From the NCBI GenBank assembly GCA_038326165.1, contig JBBQJT010000009.1, positions 12,639 to 76,638 on the forward strand: 64,000 bases of DNA. Direction: 5' to 3'. The notes below the pieces were generated by a model, which was not told the origin of the DNA, ran no database searches, and saw only the letters and a program-made list of their open reading frames with translations. The stretch is from Chitinophagales bacterium (GTDB lineage Bacteria; Bacteroidota; Bacteroidia; Chitinophagales; Saprospiraceae). The translations under genes were made by a program, and so were the position numbers. Shown piece after piece: positions 38,106-49,504 of the stretch. Numbering within the stretch: the stretch's first letter is position 1; the number at the start of each line of letters is the position of its first letter.

Positions 38106-39719
38106 TTAAGCCATTGATGTTTCACGAGGAGCAGCATTAAGAATTTCTTCATTTGCTTGGTCGGCAAAATTGGTGAAATTCTCGTTAAACGCTTTTGCTA
38201 GGCTATTGGCTTTCTGGGTGTATGCTTCCTTGTCTGCCCAAGTATTGATTGGGTTCAATATTCCAGCAGGCACTCCGGCACATGATGTTGGCATCATGAG
38301 GCCAAAAACTTCATGCTTTTCATAAGCGACATCATCAAGCATGCCGTTCAGCGCGGCATTGATCATAGCACGGGTGAAGGATAAAGAGATTCTGTGACCT
38401 TCACCATATGGACCAGCCGTCCATCCTGTATTGATCAACCATACATTGACTTTATGCTCTTTCATTCTTGATCCAAGCATAGAAGCATATCTGGCAGGGT
38501 GTAGTGGCAAGAAAGGCGCACCAAAACAAGCGCTAAATGTCCTTGTAGGCTCTGTAATTCCGGCTTCTGTTCCAGCTACTTTAGCCGTGTAGCCTGAGAT
38601 AAAATGATACATGGCCTGCCCAGGTGATAATTTGGAAATTGGAGGCAACACTCCATTCGCGTCACAAGTCAGAAAGAAAATATTGGTGGGATGACCTCCA
38701 GTGGATGGGACTCTGATATTGGTGATATGCTCTATTGGATAGGAAACCCGAGTGTTTTCAGTTATCGTGCTATCCTCGTAGTTAGGAATGTTTGTACCCG
38801 GCTGAAAGACAATGTTCTCCAATATTGCACCTGGCTTGATAGCCTTGTAAATATCTGGTTCTTTTGCTTCTGACAAATCAATACATTTGGCATAACAACC
38901 TCCTTCAAAGTTGAATACCCCATTGTCAGACCAACCGTGCTCATCATCTCCGATCAATTGGCGATTTGGATCGGCAGAAAGCGTCGTTTTACCTGTACCT
39001 GATAAACCAAAAAATATTGCCGTGTCGCCCTTATCCCCTACATTAGAAGAACAATGCATAGGAAAAACACCCTTATAAACCGGCAGTTCAAAATTCAAAA
39101 CAGTGAATATCCCTTTTTTGATTTCCCCAGTATAACCCGAACCCCCAATAAGGATAACTTTCTTTGTGAAGTTGATAATTGAAAAATTATGCTGTCTCGT
39201 TCCATCTACAGAAGGATTAGCACGAAATCCTGGTGCACACAATATGGTCCATTCGTGAACAAATGAATTGAGTTCCTCACTTGTAGGTCGCAAAAACATA
39301 TTGTTGGCAAACTGGTTAGACCAAGGATACTCTGTAATTGCCTTTATATTGACTCGGAAGTTGGGATCAGCACACGCATATGCATCTCGCACATATAGTT
39401 CCGTCCCAGATAAGTAGTTGGTTACTTTTGTATAAAGCTTATTGAATACTTCAGGAGAAATAGGAATATTAAAATTACCCCAATTTACTTCGTTGATGGT
39501 TGTTTCATCTTGAACGCAGAATTTGTCCTTTGGAGATCTTCCAGTAAATTCGCCTGTTTTTATTACCAGGGCGCCTGAGTCTGCCAATTCTCCCATTTTT
39601 TTATCCAATGAATGTTGGACCAATTCTCCCCCTGTTAAATTTACATAAACATTTTGGGTGGCATTGATGCCTAATGAACCGAGGTCAAATGAAGGATTCT
39701 GTTTGCCAATTACTTTCAT
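38106..39719 (-). CDS. pckA: Phosphoenolpyruvate carboxykinase (ATP)
   Basis: Kinase-1a motif FFGLSGTGKTTLS. IGDDEHGW. 537 aa. Confidence 0.95.
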   Translation of the reverse strand: MKVIGKQNPSFDLGSLGINATQNVYVNLTGGELVQHSLDKKMGELADSGALVIKTGEFTGRSPKDKFCVQDETTINEVNWGNFNIPISPEVFNKLYTKVTNYLSGTELYVRDAYACADPNFRVNIKAITEYPWSNQFANNMFLRPTSEELNSFVHEWTILCAPGFRANPSVDGTRQHNFSIINFTKKVILIGGSGYTGEIKKGIFTVLNFELPVYKGVFPMHCSSNVGDKGDTAIFFGLSGTGKTTLSADPNRQLIGDDEHGWSDNGVFNFEGGCYAKCIDLSEAKEPDIYKAIKPGAILENIVFQPGTNIPNYEDSTITENTRVSYPIEHITNIRVPSTGGHPTNIFFLTCDANGVLPPISKLSPGQAMYHFISGYTAKVAGTEAGITEPTRTFSACFGAPFLPLHPARYASMLGSRMKEHKVNVWLINTGWTAGPYGEGHRISLSFTRAMINAALNGMLDDVAYEKHEVFGLMMPTSCAGVPAGILNPINTWADKEAYTQKANSLAKAFNENFTNFADQANEEILNAAPRETSMA

Positions 39720-39917
39720 GAAAAATCAATTTTAGCCTACTTGATAGGACCTTTGAACTTAAGGAAAAATATAAGAATAGAAACGTAAAGGTACAATCTT
39801 TATTCTTTTCGTTACATCATTTACCGCTTTGTTTCGCTTAATTTAAGCCATTTTGACCAATCTGTTAAGTACCTTTGTTGCACAATCTAGTATAAAATTT
39901 GATATTCATTATTGATT

Positions 39918-41444
39918 ATGAGTGAATTAAGACACAATAAGATCAAGTCTGCCCTTGTTTCTGTATTTGATAAATCAGGTTTACAACAAATAGTCGAAGA
40001 GCTTCATCGCCTCGATATCGAAATCATAACAACAGGTGGCACTGAAAGTTTTATCAAATCTTTAGGAATTCCAGTTACCCCTGTGGAATCACTTACGGGC
40101 TTCCCATCAATTCTGGATGGTCGTGTCAAGACCTTGCATCCTGCAATTTTTGGAGGTATTCTTGCTATCCGTGAAAAGGAACATTTGCTGCAATTGGGTG
40201 AATACAATTTGGCTGAAATAGATTTGGTTGTAGTTGATCTTTATCCATTTCAAGACACTGTGTCCGCCACTGATGATGAATACACAATCATAGAAAAGAT
40301 AGATATTGGTGGAATTTCACTTATAAGAGCTGCAGCTAAAAACTACCGTGACGTTGTTATAATCCCTTCGAAAAATCAATACAACAGGCTGTTTGAAATA
40401 TTGAATCAGCAGGAAGGAGTTACATCACTTGACGAGCGGAAATATTTAGCTACTCAAGCTTTTGGAGTTACCTCCATATACGATACAGCTATTCACGAGT
40501 ACTTCAATGGCAAATCCGCTTTTAATATTCACATTGGCCCAGCTACCCCTCTAAGGTATGGCGAAAATCCACACCAGAAAGCCAATTATTACGGTGATTT
40601 GGATCAAATTTTCACCAGACACGCTGGCAAAGAATTGAGTTACAATAACTTGATGGATATAGAGGCTGCTATGCAACTTATCCAAGAATTCATAAATGAC
40701 GATCCTACTTTTGTCATTATCAAGCACACCAATTCATGTGGCGTTGCAACAAGATCAAAACTGTTTGAGGCGTGGAACGCTGCCTTAAGTTGTGATTCGA
40801 TCTCTGCTTTTGGGGGAATTTTGGTATGCAATAAGCCAATGGATGTAGCAACCGCATTAGAGATTGATAAGCTATTTTATGAAGTATTGCTTGTCCCTGA
40901 ATTTGAAGAAGCAGCGCTCAATATACTCAAGCAAAAAAAGAACAGAATTTTACTCAGCTATAAAAATTTCACCCCACAGACCAAAATGTTTAGGAATATC
41001 CTCAACGGTGTCATTGAACATGATGCTGACTTGCATCAACAAGACACTGAAACATGGAAAAAAGTGACTTCTCCCGACGTTTCTCCTGAGGCAATGAAAG
41101 ATTTAATCTTTGCCAACAAGTGTGTTAAGCACTTAAAATCCAATACCATCGCTTTGGTGAAAAACAAAACACTGGTTGGAATGGGCTGTGGACAAACATC
41201 TAGGGTAGATGCCCTAAAACAGGCGATATTGAAAGCCAAAACCTTTGGTTTTGAGTTGGCTGGAGCTGCTATGGCTTCTGATGCTTTTTTTCCTTTTCCG
41301 GATTGCGTCGAAATAGCTTCAAAAGTAGGCGTGAAATATGTGGTGCATCCAGGAGGGTCCATTAAAGACCAAGAAAGTATCAATTATTGTGAACAACATG
41401 ATATGTCGATGTACCTCACTGGTATCCGTCACTTTAAACATTGA
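39918..41444 (+). CDS. purH: Bifunctional AICAR transformylase / IMP cyclohydrolase
   Basis: MGS-like N-terminus (ALVSVFDKSGL...TGGT...KTLHP). C-terminal AICARFT domain (...SDAFFPF...). I took ATG 39918 rather than the TTG at 39912. Confidence 0.95.
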   Translation: MSELRHNKIKSALVSVFDKSGLQQIVEELHRLDIEIITTGGTESFIKSLGIPVTPVESLTGFPSILDGRVKTLHPAIFGGILAIREKEHLLQLGEYNLAEIDLVVVDLYPFQDTVSATDDEYTIIEKIDIGGISLIRAAAKNYRDVVIIPSKNQYNRLFEILNQQEGVTSLDERKYLATQAFGVTSIYDTAIHEYFNGKSAFNIHIGPATPLRYGENPHQKANYYGDLDQIFTRHAGKELSYNNLMDIEAAMQLIQEFINDDPTFVIIKHTNSCGVATRSKLFEAWNAALSCDSISAFGGILVCNKPMDVATALEIDKLFYEVLLVPEFEEAALNILKQKKNRILLSYKNFTPQTKMFRNILNGVIEHDADLHQQDTETWKKVTSPDVSPEAMKDLIFANKCVKHLKSNTIALVKNKTLVGMGCGQTSRVDALKQAILKAKTFGFELAGAAMASDAFFPFPDCVEIASKVGVKYVVHPGGSIKDQESINYCEQHDMSMYLTGIRHFKH

Positions 41445-41449
41445 TTTGA

Positions 41450-42184
41450 ATGTGGCTAACCATTGATGCGGGAAACACCAGAGTCAAAACCGGACTATTT
41501 GACCAAACGCTACTTCAAGAAGTGAGGTATTGGACCAAAGAACAGGAAAAGGAAATTCGTTCCTATTCGCTTGAAAAAGAAGTTTGCCGGGTAATAGTGA
41601 CAACGGTTATTGACGGGTTTTCAATAAAGTGGGAATCGCCAATTTCAAGCTTTTTGTTGAGTGAAAAAACCCCACTTCCTATTACAAACCACTATCAACA
41701 GCCAGACAAATTAGGCAAGGATCGACTTGCTGGAATACTGGGTGCCTGGCATTTGTTCCCAAAACGAAATACGCTGGTTGTAGATATTGGTACTTGCATT
41801 AAGTATGATTTCATCAATGAGTCCGGCGAATACAAGGGCGGCAGCATCAGCCCAGGATTGCGAATGCGACTCCGAGCAATGCACCATTTCACATCGAGAT
41901 TGCCCCAATTGGACTTGGTTGATAATTACGATATTGCAGGGTTGAATACAGTAAATTCCATGATGACGGGAACAATTCAAGGCGTTATTGGTGAAATTCG
42001 GCATTTTGTTTCCTTGTACAAGGCGCGTTCTGATGATTTGTCCGTTATATTGACCGGTGGGGACGCAAGATTTCTATCTTTGCACCTCGAATCCAATTTT
42101 CATCTAGAGCCTGACTTAGTATTAATAGGATTGGCTGCAGTTTTGAAATACAATATAGACTATGAAGCAAGTAATAATATGTAG
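41450..42184 (+). CDS. coaX: Type III pantothenate kinase
   Basis: N-terminal LTIDAGNTRVK. Later VDIGT and ...LTGG motifs of the ASKHA-fold CoaX. Confidence 0.9.
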   Translation: MWLTIDAGNTRVKTGLFDQTLLQEVRYWTKEQEKEIRSYSLEKEVCRVIVTTVIDGFSIKWESPISSFLLSEKTPLPITNHYQQPDKLGKDRLAGILGAWHLFPKRNTLVVDIGTCIKYDFINESGEYKGGSISPGLRMRLRAMHHFTSRLPQLDLVDNYDIAGLNTVNSMMTGTIQGVIGEIRHFVSLYKARSDDLSVILTGGDARFLSLHLESNFHLEPDLVLIGLAAVLKYNIDYEASNNM

Positions 42185-43511
42185 CCTTATTCTTCAGTGT
42201 GGGTTGTTGTTGGGACAAACTTCCGATAATTCGCCTTACTCAAGATTTGGGCTTGGAGACTTTGCCATCAACCAGCGTGTGCCCTCAATGGGTATGGGTG
42301 GCTTAAGGGCCACCTACTCTGATCAAAATAATACAAATTTCGAAAATCCTGCATCGCTTGGGTACCTAAAATCAACAGTGTACGAAGGTGGCATATTTGT
42401 AAAACATAAAAGCCAGGAGGCAGGGGGACAAACTGCAAAGCAATGGAGTGGCAATTTAAGTTACCTGTCTTTAGCATTTCCACTTAAGAATCCTCTGAGT
42501 GAGGCATTGCAGAAAAAACCTTCTGTCAATCATTACGCATTAGGTATCAATCTTACACCTGTTAATAGTGTCAACTACGACGTTAAGTCCGTTGGATTTG
42601 CTCCGGGAGTTGATAGTTTCACCAATGAGTTTACAGGAAAGGGCGCTGCACACAAAGTTCAGTTGGCTGGTGCACTTCAACGCAATAATTGGTCAGTTGG
42701 TGCCTCTATTGGCTGGTTGATTGGCAATTTTGAAGCTAGGAAACAAGTTAGGTTCACTGACTTGGCAGACAGTTATATTACCTCAACCAAGGACGAGTAC
42801 AGTTTGAATGGATTTTCCTGGCAAATTGGTGCTCTGTATGATCATTATCTGACAAAAATTGACAAAAAAGAACCTCAGGCTTTTAGACCAAAGTTGAGTT
42901 TTGGATTGACAGGACACGGTACCCAATCTTTTAGGACCAACAAGTCATTTTTGTATTCCCGTATCAATCTTGACCTCATTAGTAGTACCAATAATACCAT
43001 TGATACCTTCGCTATTTCACCAGCTTTTGGTCTTGATGGATCAGGAAGATTGCCAGCAGAATTAGTGTTGGGTATTATGCATTACCCTTCCAAAAACTTG
43101 AAGTGGGGTTTGGATGCCAGCTTTTCTAACTGGGAAAGCTACAGGAACGATGCCAAACCCGATACTTCTATCGTACGATTTTCCAATCTTTTGAGATTTG
43201 CTGCTGGGCTTGAATATTGCCCAAATCCAGATGACTACAAATACTACTTTAAGAAAATTCGTTACCGTTTTGGTGTTTATTTTCAACAAGATCCGAGGGT
43301 TTTGAACGGGAATACCCTAACAGATTTAGGAATAACATTTGGTGCCGGATTGCCCATCAAATTATCAAGGGGTCAGGTTTCGTACGTCCATTGGGCAGTG
43401 GAACTGGGTCAGTTTGGTAACTCCAATTTGATTCAAGAAAAATATGCCCGATTACATTTTGCCTTTAGTTTCAGCGATAATAGCTGGTTCTTCAAGAGAA
43501 AATTTGATTGA
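42162..43511 (+). CDS. Probable outer-membrane beta-barrel protein (function unknown)
   Basis: Signal peptide. Conserved-looking NSPYSRFGLGD N-terminus. Beta-strand periodicity. C-terminal ...WFFKRKFD. Overlaps coaX by 23 nt. Confidence 0.65.
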   Translation: MKQVIICSLILQCGLLLGQTSDNSPYSRFGLGDFAINQRVPSMGMGGLRATYSDQNNTNFENPASLGYLKSTVYEGGIFVKHKSQEAGGQTAKQWSGNLSYLSLAFPLKNPLSEALQKKPSVNHYALGINLTPVNSVNYDVKSVGFAPGVDSFTNEFTGKGAAHKVQLAGALQRNNWSVGASIGWLIGNFEARKQVRFTDLADSYITSTKDEYSLNGFSWQIGALYDHYLTKIDKKEPQAFRPKLSFGLTGHGTQSFRTNKSFLYSRINLDLISSTNNTIDTFAISPAFGLDGSGRLPAELVLGIMHYPSKNLKWGLDASFSNWESYRNDAKPDTSIVRFSNLLRFAAGLEYCPNPDDYKYYFKKIRYRFGVYFQQDPRVLNGNTLTDLGITFGAGLPIKLSRGQVSYVHWAVELGQFGNSNLIQEKYARLHFAFSFSDNSWFFKRKFD

Positions 43512-43584
43512 GTTCATACATTGAGCCAATCCATGCAGCTCTAATCAGTTCCGCTTATTTCGACCAATTGACCCGATAGATTTT

Positions 43585-44682
43585 ATGTCCAAAGATCTTT
43601 TATACAAAGTTGCTCTCAATCTAATGCCAAATATTGGTCCGGTAACTGTGCGTAATTTGGTCAGCTATTGTGGTGGTGTCATTGAAATATTTCAAGCCAA
43701 CAAGAAGACCCTAGAAAGTATTCCGGGAGTTGGGCCATCAATTGCCAAAATTGTTACCGAGACCGCTATTCTTGATCGAGCTGAACAAGAGCTTGTTTTC
43801 ATGAAAAAGAATGATGTACGAGCATATTTTTACCTAGATGAGGAATACCCTAAGAGGCTCAATCACATCAACGATGCTCCTGCTTTATTGTTTGTCAAAG
43901 GCAATGCGGATCTCAATCCAAGCCGAACAGTAGGTATAGTTGGAACCCGCAATCAAACTCCGATTGGTATTGCCAACTGTGAAGCTTTGGTAGAATACCT
44001 GAACAAATATAATGTGACTATCGTGAGTGGAATGGCCTTTGGTATTGATATCACTGCGCATAAAAAGGCCTGTGACATCAATATGACCAACTTGGGTATT
44101 GTGGCTCATGGTTTGGATACGCTGTATCCAGCGGCTCATAAGCCAATAGAAAAGAAATTGATGTTGAATGGAGCTATGATCTCTGAGTTTCCGTCAAAAA
44201 CCATACCTGACAAAGAGCGTTTTCCTATGCGAAATCGAATCATTGCTGGAATGTCAGACGCTTTGGTCATCGTTGAAACTGCCGCATCTGGTGGATCGAT
44301 GATAACAGCTGACATGGCATTTGGCTACAACAAAGATTTGTTCGCATATCCGGGCAGACCTCAGGATGTCTATTCGCAAGGCTGTAATACATTGATCAAA
44401 CGCACAAAAGCCTATTTGACTGAATCAGGACAGGATGTTGTTGAGCAAATGATGTGGCCACTTTTGGATCAAACCAAGGAAATTCAGACAGCCTTATTTG
44501 TGGATTTGTCACCAATTGAACAAAAGGCATTGGATTTAATCAGGAAACATGCTGAGTTGAGCGTTGACCAAATAGCTGGTTATATGGGAACTACTCCAAG
44601 TGAAACCGCTTCAATATTACTGCAATTGGAGTTTAGTGGCTTGATTAAGAATATTCCTGGAAAACGATACATAATGGTTTAA
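43585..44682 (+). CDS. dprA: DNA-processing protein DprA (Smf)
   Basis: HhH-like N-terminus. Rossmann-like core IVGTRN...IVSGMAFGIDITAHK...SGGSMITA. Winged-helix-like C-terminus. Confidence 0.9.
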   Translation: MSKDLLYKVALNLMPNIGPVTVRNLVSYCGGVIEIFQANKKTLESIPGVGPSIAKIVTETAILDRAEQELVFMKKNDVRAYFYLDEEYPKRLNHINDAPALLFVKGNADLNPSRTVGIVGTRNQTPIGIANCEALVEYLNKYNVTIVSGMAFGIDITAHKKACDINMTNLGIVAHGLDTLYPAAHKPIEKKLMLNGAMISEFPSKTIPDKERFPMRNRIIAGMSDALVIVETAASGGSMITADMAFGYNKDLFAYPGRPQDVYSQGCNTLIKRTKAYLTESGQDVVEQMMWPLLDQTKEIQTALFVDLSPIEQKALDLIRKHAELSVDQIAGYMGTTPSETASILLQLEFSGLIKNIPGKRYIMV

Positions 44683-44696
44683 TTCAACTGAACGAT

Positions 44697-46154
44697 TTGA
44701 AAAAATCCTTTGTTAGCAATCTGATCTTGTTATTGGGAGCAAATGTTCTGATAAAACCAATTTTCATCTTTTGGGTAGATCGCTCTGTGCAGAACCATTC
44801 AGCTACCAGTGAATATGGACTCTATTTTACTTTTTTCTCTTATTGCATGATCCTCTCACTTGCTGTGGATTTTGGTGTTCAAACTTGGTATCACAAGACT
44901 ATTGCCAACGACAATACACACTTTAACACACTTTTTCCAAAGGTTGTCTTGGCAAAGCTTTTCTCTTCCTTGATATACATGACGCTGCTGTTGACCATTT
45001 TTTGGAGTCTTAGATACAAGGCAGCCTTCTTTCCTTTGTTCCTGACCATTATACTTTGGCAATTGGTTTCAAGTTGGGTTTTGTTGTTGCGGAGCAATGT
45101 TTCAGGTTTTGGTCAATACAAAACCGACGTGTTTTTCTCTATTCTTGATAAGTTTCTGCTTATCTCTGTTTTTGGTATATATTTTCTTTTGCACAAAATT
45201 CAAAGCTTTGATACCTCACTTTTTGCAACATGGCAATTGTGTGGCTCGCTTTTTCTTTTATTGATTTTATGTCTTTGGTCCGCTTTCAATCTCCCTTTGA
45301 TGAGAATGGTTAGACCAAAAGTATCAGAAGCTTTTCAAGTGTTAAAATCTAGCAGTGGATTTGCTTTAGTCATATTGTGTATGTTATTGTATCAAAGGGC
45401 AGATTCCATCGTCCTTGAAAGATTTTTAACTGATGGTTCTCATCAAGCGGGAATTTATGCGGCTGCCTATAGATTGATTGATGCAATGAATATGTTGGGA
45501 TTCTTGGCCGCAGGATTATTGTTGCCAATGTTTGCATCACTAGAGAAAAAGCACTTAGAGAAAATCGGGCTTTTTGACACTTCATTTCGTTTGTTGTGGT
45601 GGTTTGTGCTTGTTGCTGCAATCCCAATTTGCTTTAACAGCCAATTCATCATGTCAATTCTGTACCATAATCCTTCTAAAGAGTGGGGTTGGGCACTGAG
45701 CATACTTGTTTGGTCGTTTGTTTTTATGACAATGACTTATGTGTCTGGCACTTATTTGACTGCTGGGGGAAAAGTGCAGAAACTTTGGAAGCTCTATGGC
45801 TTGGTGACTGTATTCAGTGTGCTGACCAACGTGGTAATTGTACAAACCTACGGCTTATTTGGTGTATGCATTGTTTCAGTAATTAGTAATATGGCCGTTT
45901 TTTGCATTCAGACTGTTTTTGCTATTAAAGACATAAAATGGCCTGAGTACAAAGTAATGGTGAAGCAATGTTTGCTTTATCTTACCTTAGCCATTGTAGG
46001 CGTTTGGTTATTAAATTCATTATTTTATGAAAATTCACTGTCTGGACTGATTACTAGTTTTATTTTTGTGTTGCTTTTAGGTATTCTGACCAAAGTAGTT
46101 TCCGTAAGAAGCTTCCTCGCAGTGTACCAAAATTTTATGAAACCTACATCTTAA
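44697..46154 (+). CDS. Polysaccharide/oligosaccharide flippase (Wzx-like, MOP superfamily)
   Basis: 485 aa with about 12-14 predicted TM helices. The N-terminus (SNLILLLGANVLIKPIFIF) is typical of polysaccharide biosynthesis flippases. TTG start. Confidence 0.7.
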   Translation: MKKSFVSNLILLLGANVLIKPIFIFWVDRSVQNHSATSEYGLYFTFFSYCMILSLAVDFGVQTWYHKTIANDNTHFNTLFPKVVLAKLFSSLIYMTLLLTIFWSLRYKAAFFPLFLTIILWQLVSSWVLLLRSNVSGFGQYKTDVFFSILDKFLLISVFGIYFLLHKIQSFDTSLFATWQLCGSLFLLLILCLWSAFNLPLMRMVRPKVSEAFQVLKSSSGFALVILCMLLYQRADSIVLERFLTDGSHQAGIYAAAYRLIDAMNMLGFLAAGLLLPMFASLEKKHLEKIGLFDTSFRLLWWFVLVAAIPICFNSQFIMSILYHNPSKEWGWALSILVWSFVFMTMTYVSGTYLTAGGKVQKLWKLYGLVTVFSVLTNVVIVQTYGLFGVCIVSVISNMAVFCIQTVFAIKDIKWPEYKVMVKQCLLYLTLAIVGVWLLNSLFYENSLSGLITSFIFVLLLGILTKVVSVRSFLAVYQNFMKPTS

Positions 46155-46194
46155 AAAAATATTCTTCAACTGCTGAAGAACTAATATTGCTCAA

Positions 46195-47316
46195 ATGGAA
46201 AAAAATGAAAACCTGATCAGCATCATTGCTATTTTGTACAGATGGAAGGCACCTATCCTTCGTCTTACAGTTCTTGCTGCTGCCATCAGTATCATTGTGT
46301 CTTTATTTCTACCCAACTACTACAGCTCCACTACTACCTTCTACGCAGCAAGTACTGATCTGGCAAAACCAGAAATGATATTTGGTGGTACAACTAAGGC
46401 AATGGAATACTATGGTGGTGACGCAGATATTGATAGGATGTTAACGATTGCCGAAAGCCATGAATTAAAAGATTTTTTGATTGATAGCTTTAACCTTATG
46501 AAACATTATGATATTGATAGCACTGCTCAAAATGCATCTTTCAAAATTATGGAACATCTCGGTAAACTTTATACGGTGCAAAAAACAAAATTCGATGCCA
46601 TTCAGCTGACAGTCGAAGACAAAAGTCCTAAGCTTGCTGCTACAATGGTCAATGCCGCTCGAAAAAGGATAAATGATGTTGCCTTGAATCTAATCCGCAA
46701 AAATCAGATGAACGTGCTCAGATCTTATCAAACCAGTATGTTGGAAAAACAAAAGGAATTGAATCAATTGGACGATAGTTTAATAATGAGCAGAAAAAGA
46801 TTTGGGATCTACAATATTGAAGCGCAGAGTGAATTGATGGGAACGACTATTGCCAAAAAAGAAACAAGCTTGACTGGAAACAAAGGTCGATTGAAAATCT
46901 ATCAAGAACTATCTTCCCCCAACACAGATACCATCATGAACCTGAAAGCCAATATTCGTGGTCTTGAAGATGAAATAAACATGTTGACTGATCTAAGAAG
47001 TCCGTCAAGCTTCACCCTAGCCAAATTCAACAATGGTGTATCCAAAGTTGAAATATTACAACAATTGCACCTGCAAGCTAGAAACAGGTTGAGTTATGAC
47101 CTTGAGCGATTCAACCAATTACAAAACACCCTTGAAGCAGATATTACTTCATTGATTTTAATTGAAACAGGTCAAGTGCCAATTGTTAAATCCAGACCTC
47201 GACGCTCACTTATTGTTATAGCGAGTATCTTGGCTGCTTTGCTATTGGGCACAATAACTGCTTTGCTGCTAGATAATTACCGCAATGTTAATTGGAAGGA
47301 ACTACTGAATGCCTGA
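46195..47316 (+). CDS. Polysaccharide chain-length determinant (Wzz-like) protein
   Basis: N-terminal TM (ILRLTVLAAAISIIVSLFL), a long coiled-coil periplasmic region, and a C-terminal TM preceded by PRRS (SRPRRSLIVIASILAALLLG). Confidence 0.7.
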   Translation: MEKNENLISIIAILYRWKAPILRLTVLAAAISIIVSLFLPNYYSSTTTFYAASTDLAKPEMIFGGTTKAMEYYGGDADIDRMLTIAESHELKDFLIDSFNLMKHYDIDSTAQNASFKIMEHLGKLYTVQKTKFDAIQLTVEDKSPKLAATMVNAARKRINDVALNLIRKNQMNVLRSYQTSMLEKQKELNQLDDSLIMSRKRFGIYNIEAQSELMGTTIAKKETSLTGNKGRLKIYQELSSPNTDTIMNLKANIRGLEDEINMLTDLRSPSSFTLAKFNNGVSKVEILQQLHLQARNRLSYDLERFNQLQNTLEADITSLILIETGQVPIVKSRPRRSLIVIASILAALLLGTITALLLDNYRNVNWKELLNA

Positions 47317-48793
47317 GGCGAGCATTTTTCAAAAACACTCTAAATCACAAGCTTCCGGGCTTTGGTGGTTTACTGCTGGACTCTTTTTGCTCAGCTTAGC
47401 CGCCAGTATTTGGTTGGAGAAAAGCTGGATATTGGGTATTCCATTTGCCTGGATATTTACCTATGCCACCATTCTCAACATAAAAATACCATTCTATATT
47501 TTACTGGCTACGATACCGTTGAGCACTGAGACCAGTTTTGAGAATGGTTTTTCCACTGATTTACCCGCTGAGCCACTGACCGTTTATTTGATGTTCATAT
47601 ATTTCGCTTATGTTTTACAACAAATGCGGACTATGAGCAGTCGATTCTTTTTGCACCCCATTTCTTTGCTGTTGCTGGGTCATGTGGTATGGATCGGCAT
47701 TTCATGCATCAACTCATACAATCAGCTTGTTTCGATAAAGTTCTTTCTTGCTAAGATTTGGTATGTTGTGGTATTTTATTTTCTGTCCGGCCTAATATTA
47801 AAAGACTTAAAGGAAATCAAGAAATATACTTGGTTTATTCTCATTCCATTGATAACAGTAGCCATAATTGTTGTCATAAGGCATGGTATGGTTGGTTTTA
47901 GCTTCAAGGAGATTAGCCATATTTACTATCCATTTTTTAGAAATCATGTTGATTATGCTTGTCAATTGGCCTTGTTTATACCATTTGTTTATGTGGCGCG
48001 CTCTTGGTATAATAAATGGAGCAATAAGTGGCTATTTCTATGGTTTGCTGTTGTTTTTTCGTTTTTAGCAATTCAAGTATCTTATACCCGTGCTGCCATC
48101 GGGGCATTATTTATAGGTATTGGAGCGTTTTATGTCATGAAATACAAATTGCTCAAGCCTGTATTAGTCCTTGTTGCCGTCGGAGTGACCTTGTTCTTGG
48201 CATCCATGGCCAGTGGAAACAAATATCTTCGATTTGCTCCAAACTTTGAAAAGACAGTCACACACCAAAATTTTGAAAACTTATTAGAAGCTACTTATAA
48301 ACTGCAAGATATTTCAACCATGGAAAGGGTCTATCGTTGGGTGGCTGCCAGTCAAATGATTAAAAAAGAGCCTTGGTTTGGATTTGGGCCAGGCACCTTT
48401 TATTTCTTCTATAAATCTTATACGGTTTCAAGCTTTAAAACCTATGTAAGCTACAATCCTGAAAAATCAGGTATACACTGCTACTATCTGATGACACAAG
48501 TGGAGCAAGGAATATTCGGATTGATTATTTTGTTGAGTCTGATATCTTTTGCTTTGATGCGACTACAGTACTTATACCACACTGTGGAAGATAAAGCATT
48601 AAAAAAAGTAGTTGGCGCTATTTTGGTGAGTTTTGTTATTATTTTATGCCTTTTGGTAATGAACGATATGATTGAAACCATTAAAGTTGGTCCCTTTTAT
48701 TTCATTATTCTTGCATTGATTACCAATATCGATTTGATGGTTCGAAGCGAAAAGGAATCAAGTGTTACCCCTCAAACAACTCCGGCTGGTTGA
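47309..48793 (+). CDS. O-antigen ligase/polymerase family (Wzy_C-type) membrane protein
   Basis: About 11 TM helices. Central loop with ...[15 protein letters not shown]... typical of Wzy_C. Overlaps wzz by 8 nt and the converging tdk by 29 nt. Confidence 0.75.
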   Translation: MPEASIFQKHSKSQASGLWWFTAGLFLLSLAASIWLEKSWILGIPFAWIFTYATILNIKIPFYILLATIPLSTETSFENGFSTDLPAEPLTVYLMFIYFAYVLQQMRTMSSRFFLHPISLLLLGHVVWIGISCINSYNQLVSIKFFLAKIWYVVVFYFLSGLILKDLKEIKKYTWFILIPLITVAIIVVIRHGMVGFSFKEISHIYYPFFRNHVDYACQLALFIPFVYVARSWYNKWSNKWLFLWFAVVFSFLAIQVSYTRAAIGALFIGIGAFYVMKYKLLKPVLVLVAVGVTLFLASMASGNKYLRFAPNFEKTVTHQNFENLLEATYKLQDISTMERVYRWVAASQMIKKEPWFGFGPGTFYFFYKSYTVSSFKTYVSYNPEKSGIHCYYLMTQVEQGIFGLIILLSLISFALMRLQYLYHTVEDKALKKVVGAILVSFVIILCLLVMNDMIETIKVGPFYFIILALITNIDLMVRSEKESSVTPQTTPAG

Positions 48794-49406
48794 GATTGTC
48801 CTCTGCATCTGGGAAGACATCCTCGTTGAATCTTAAAATATTACCCATGCTGTAGCAGGTTCTACAACGGGGCTCGTAATGTTCTAAAGCGCCTAGCATC
48901 ACTCTTTCATTGTCATCCACCAATCTATACGAGTGAGTAGCCAAACTTCCACAATGTGGACATATTGCGTGCACTTTCGTAATGTATTCCGACACTGCAA
49001 GCAATCCAGGGATAGGACCAAATGGTTTGCCCAAATAATCCATATCCAGGCCTGCAACAATCACCCGAATTCCTTTTAAGGCCATTTCCTGGCAAACATC
49101 CTGCAATTTCAGGTCAAAGAACTGCGCTTCATCAATTCCCAACACACTGAATTCTATCTTTGATTTCAATATTTCTTCCGAATTCGAAATGGGTATGGCT
49201 TCCAGAGAATTCGAATTGTGACTTACAACATCGTTTACTGCATAGCGCTGGTCGATTGCAGGTTTAAAAACTGCTATTTTTTGATTAGCTATCTTTGCCC
49301 TTTTCAGTCTGCGGATCAGCTCTTCCGTCTTGCCTGAAAACATAGAACCACAAATAACTTCTATCCATCCACTGCGCTGTCCTTTGTAATGCGGTTCCAA
49401 AAACAC
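48765..49406 (-). CDS. tdk: Thymidine kinase
   Basis: P-loop [15 protein letters not shown]-terminal zinc-ribbon cysteines (CPHCG...CRTCY). GTG start. Confidence 0.95.
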   Translation of the reverse strand: MFLEPHYKGQRSGWIEVICGSMFSGKTEELIRRLKRAKIANQKIAVFKPAIDQRYAVNDVVSHNSNSLEAIPISNSEEILKSKIEFSVLGIDEAQFFDLKLQDVCQEMALKGIRVIVAGLDMDYLGKPFGPIPGLLAVSEYITKVHAICPHCGSLATHSYRLVDDNERVMLGALEHYEPRCRTCYSMGNILRFNEDVFPDAEDNLNQPELFEG

Positions 49407-49504
49407 AATATTTAAAATTTAAATGTCCTCAAATCTAAAGAAATTATAAGAATTTATAAAATTCGTACCGTGAAATTCGTTAATCTTGACACAAAAAAAG
49501 AATT

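Noticed and set aside
39720-39917. ZTP (pfl) riboswitch upstream of purH
   Set aside because: I looked for the conserved GGGUCGUG / CCGCCUGGGC-type elements and found none. The region is AT-rich without the expected GC-rich pseudoknot segments.
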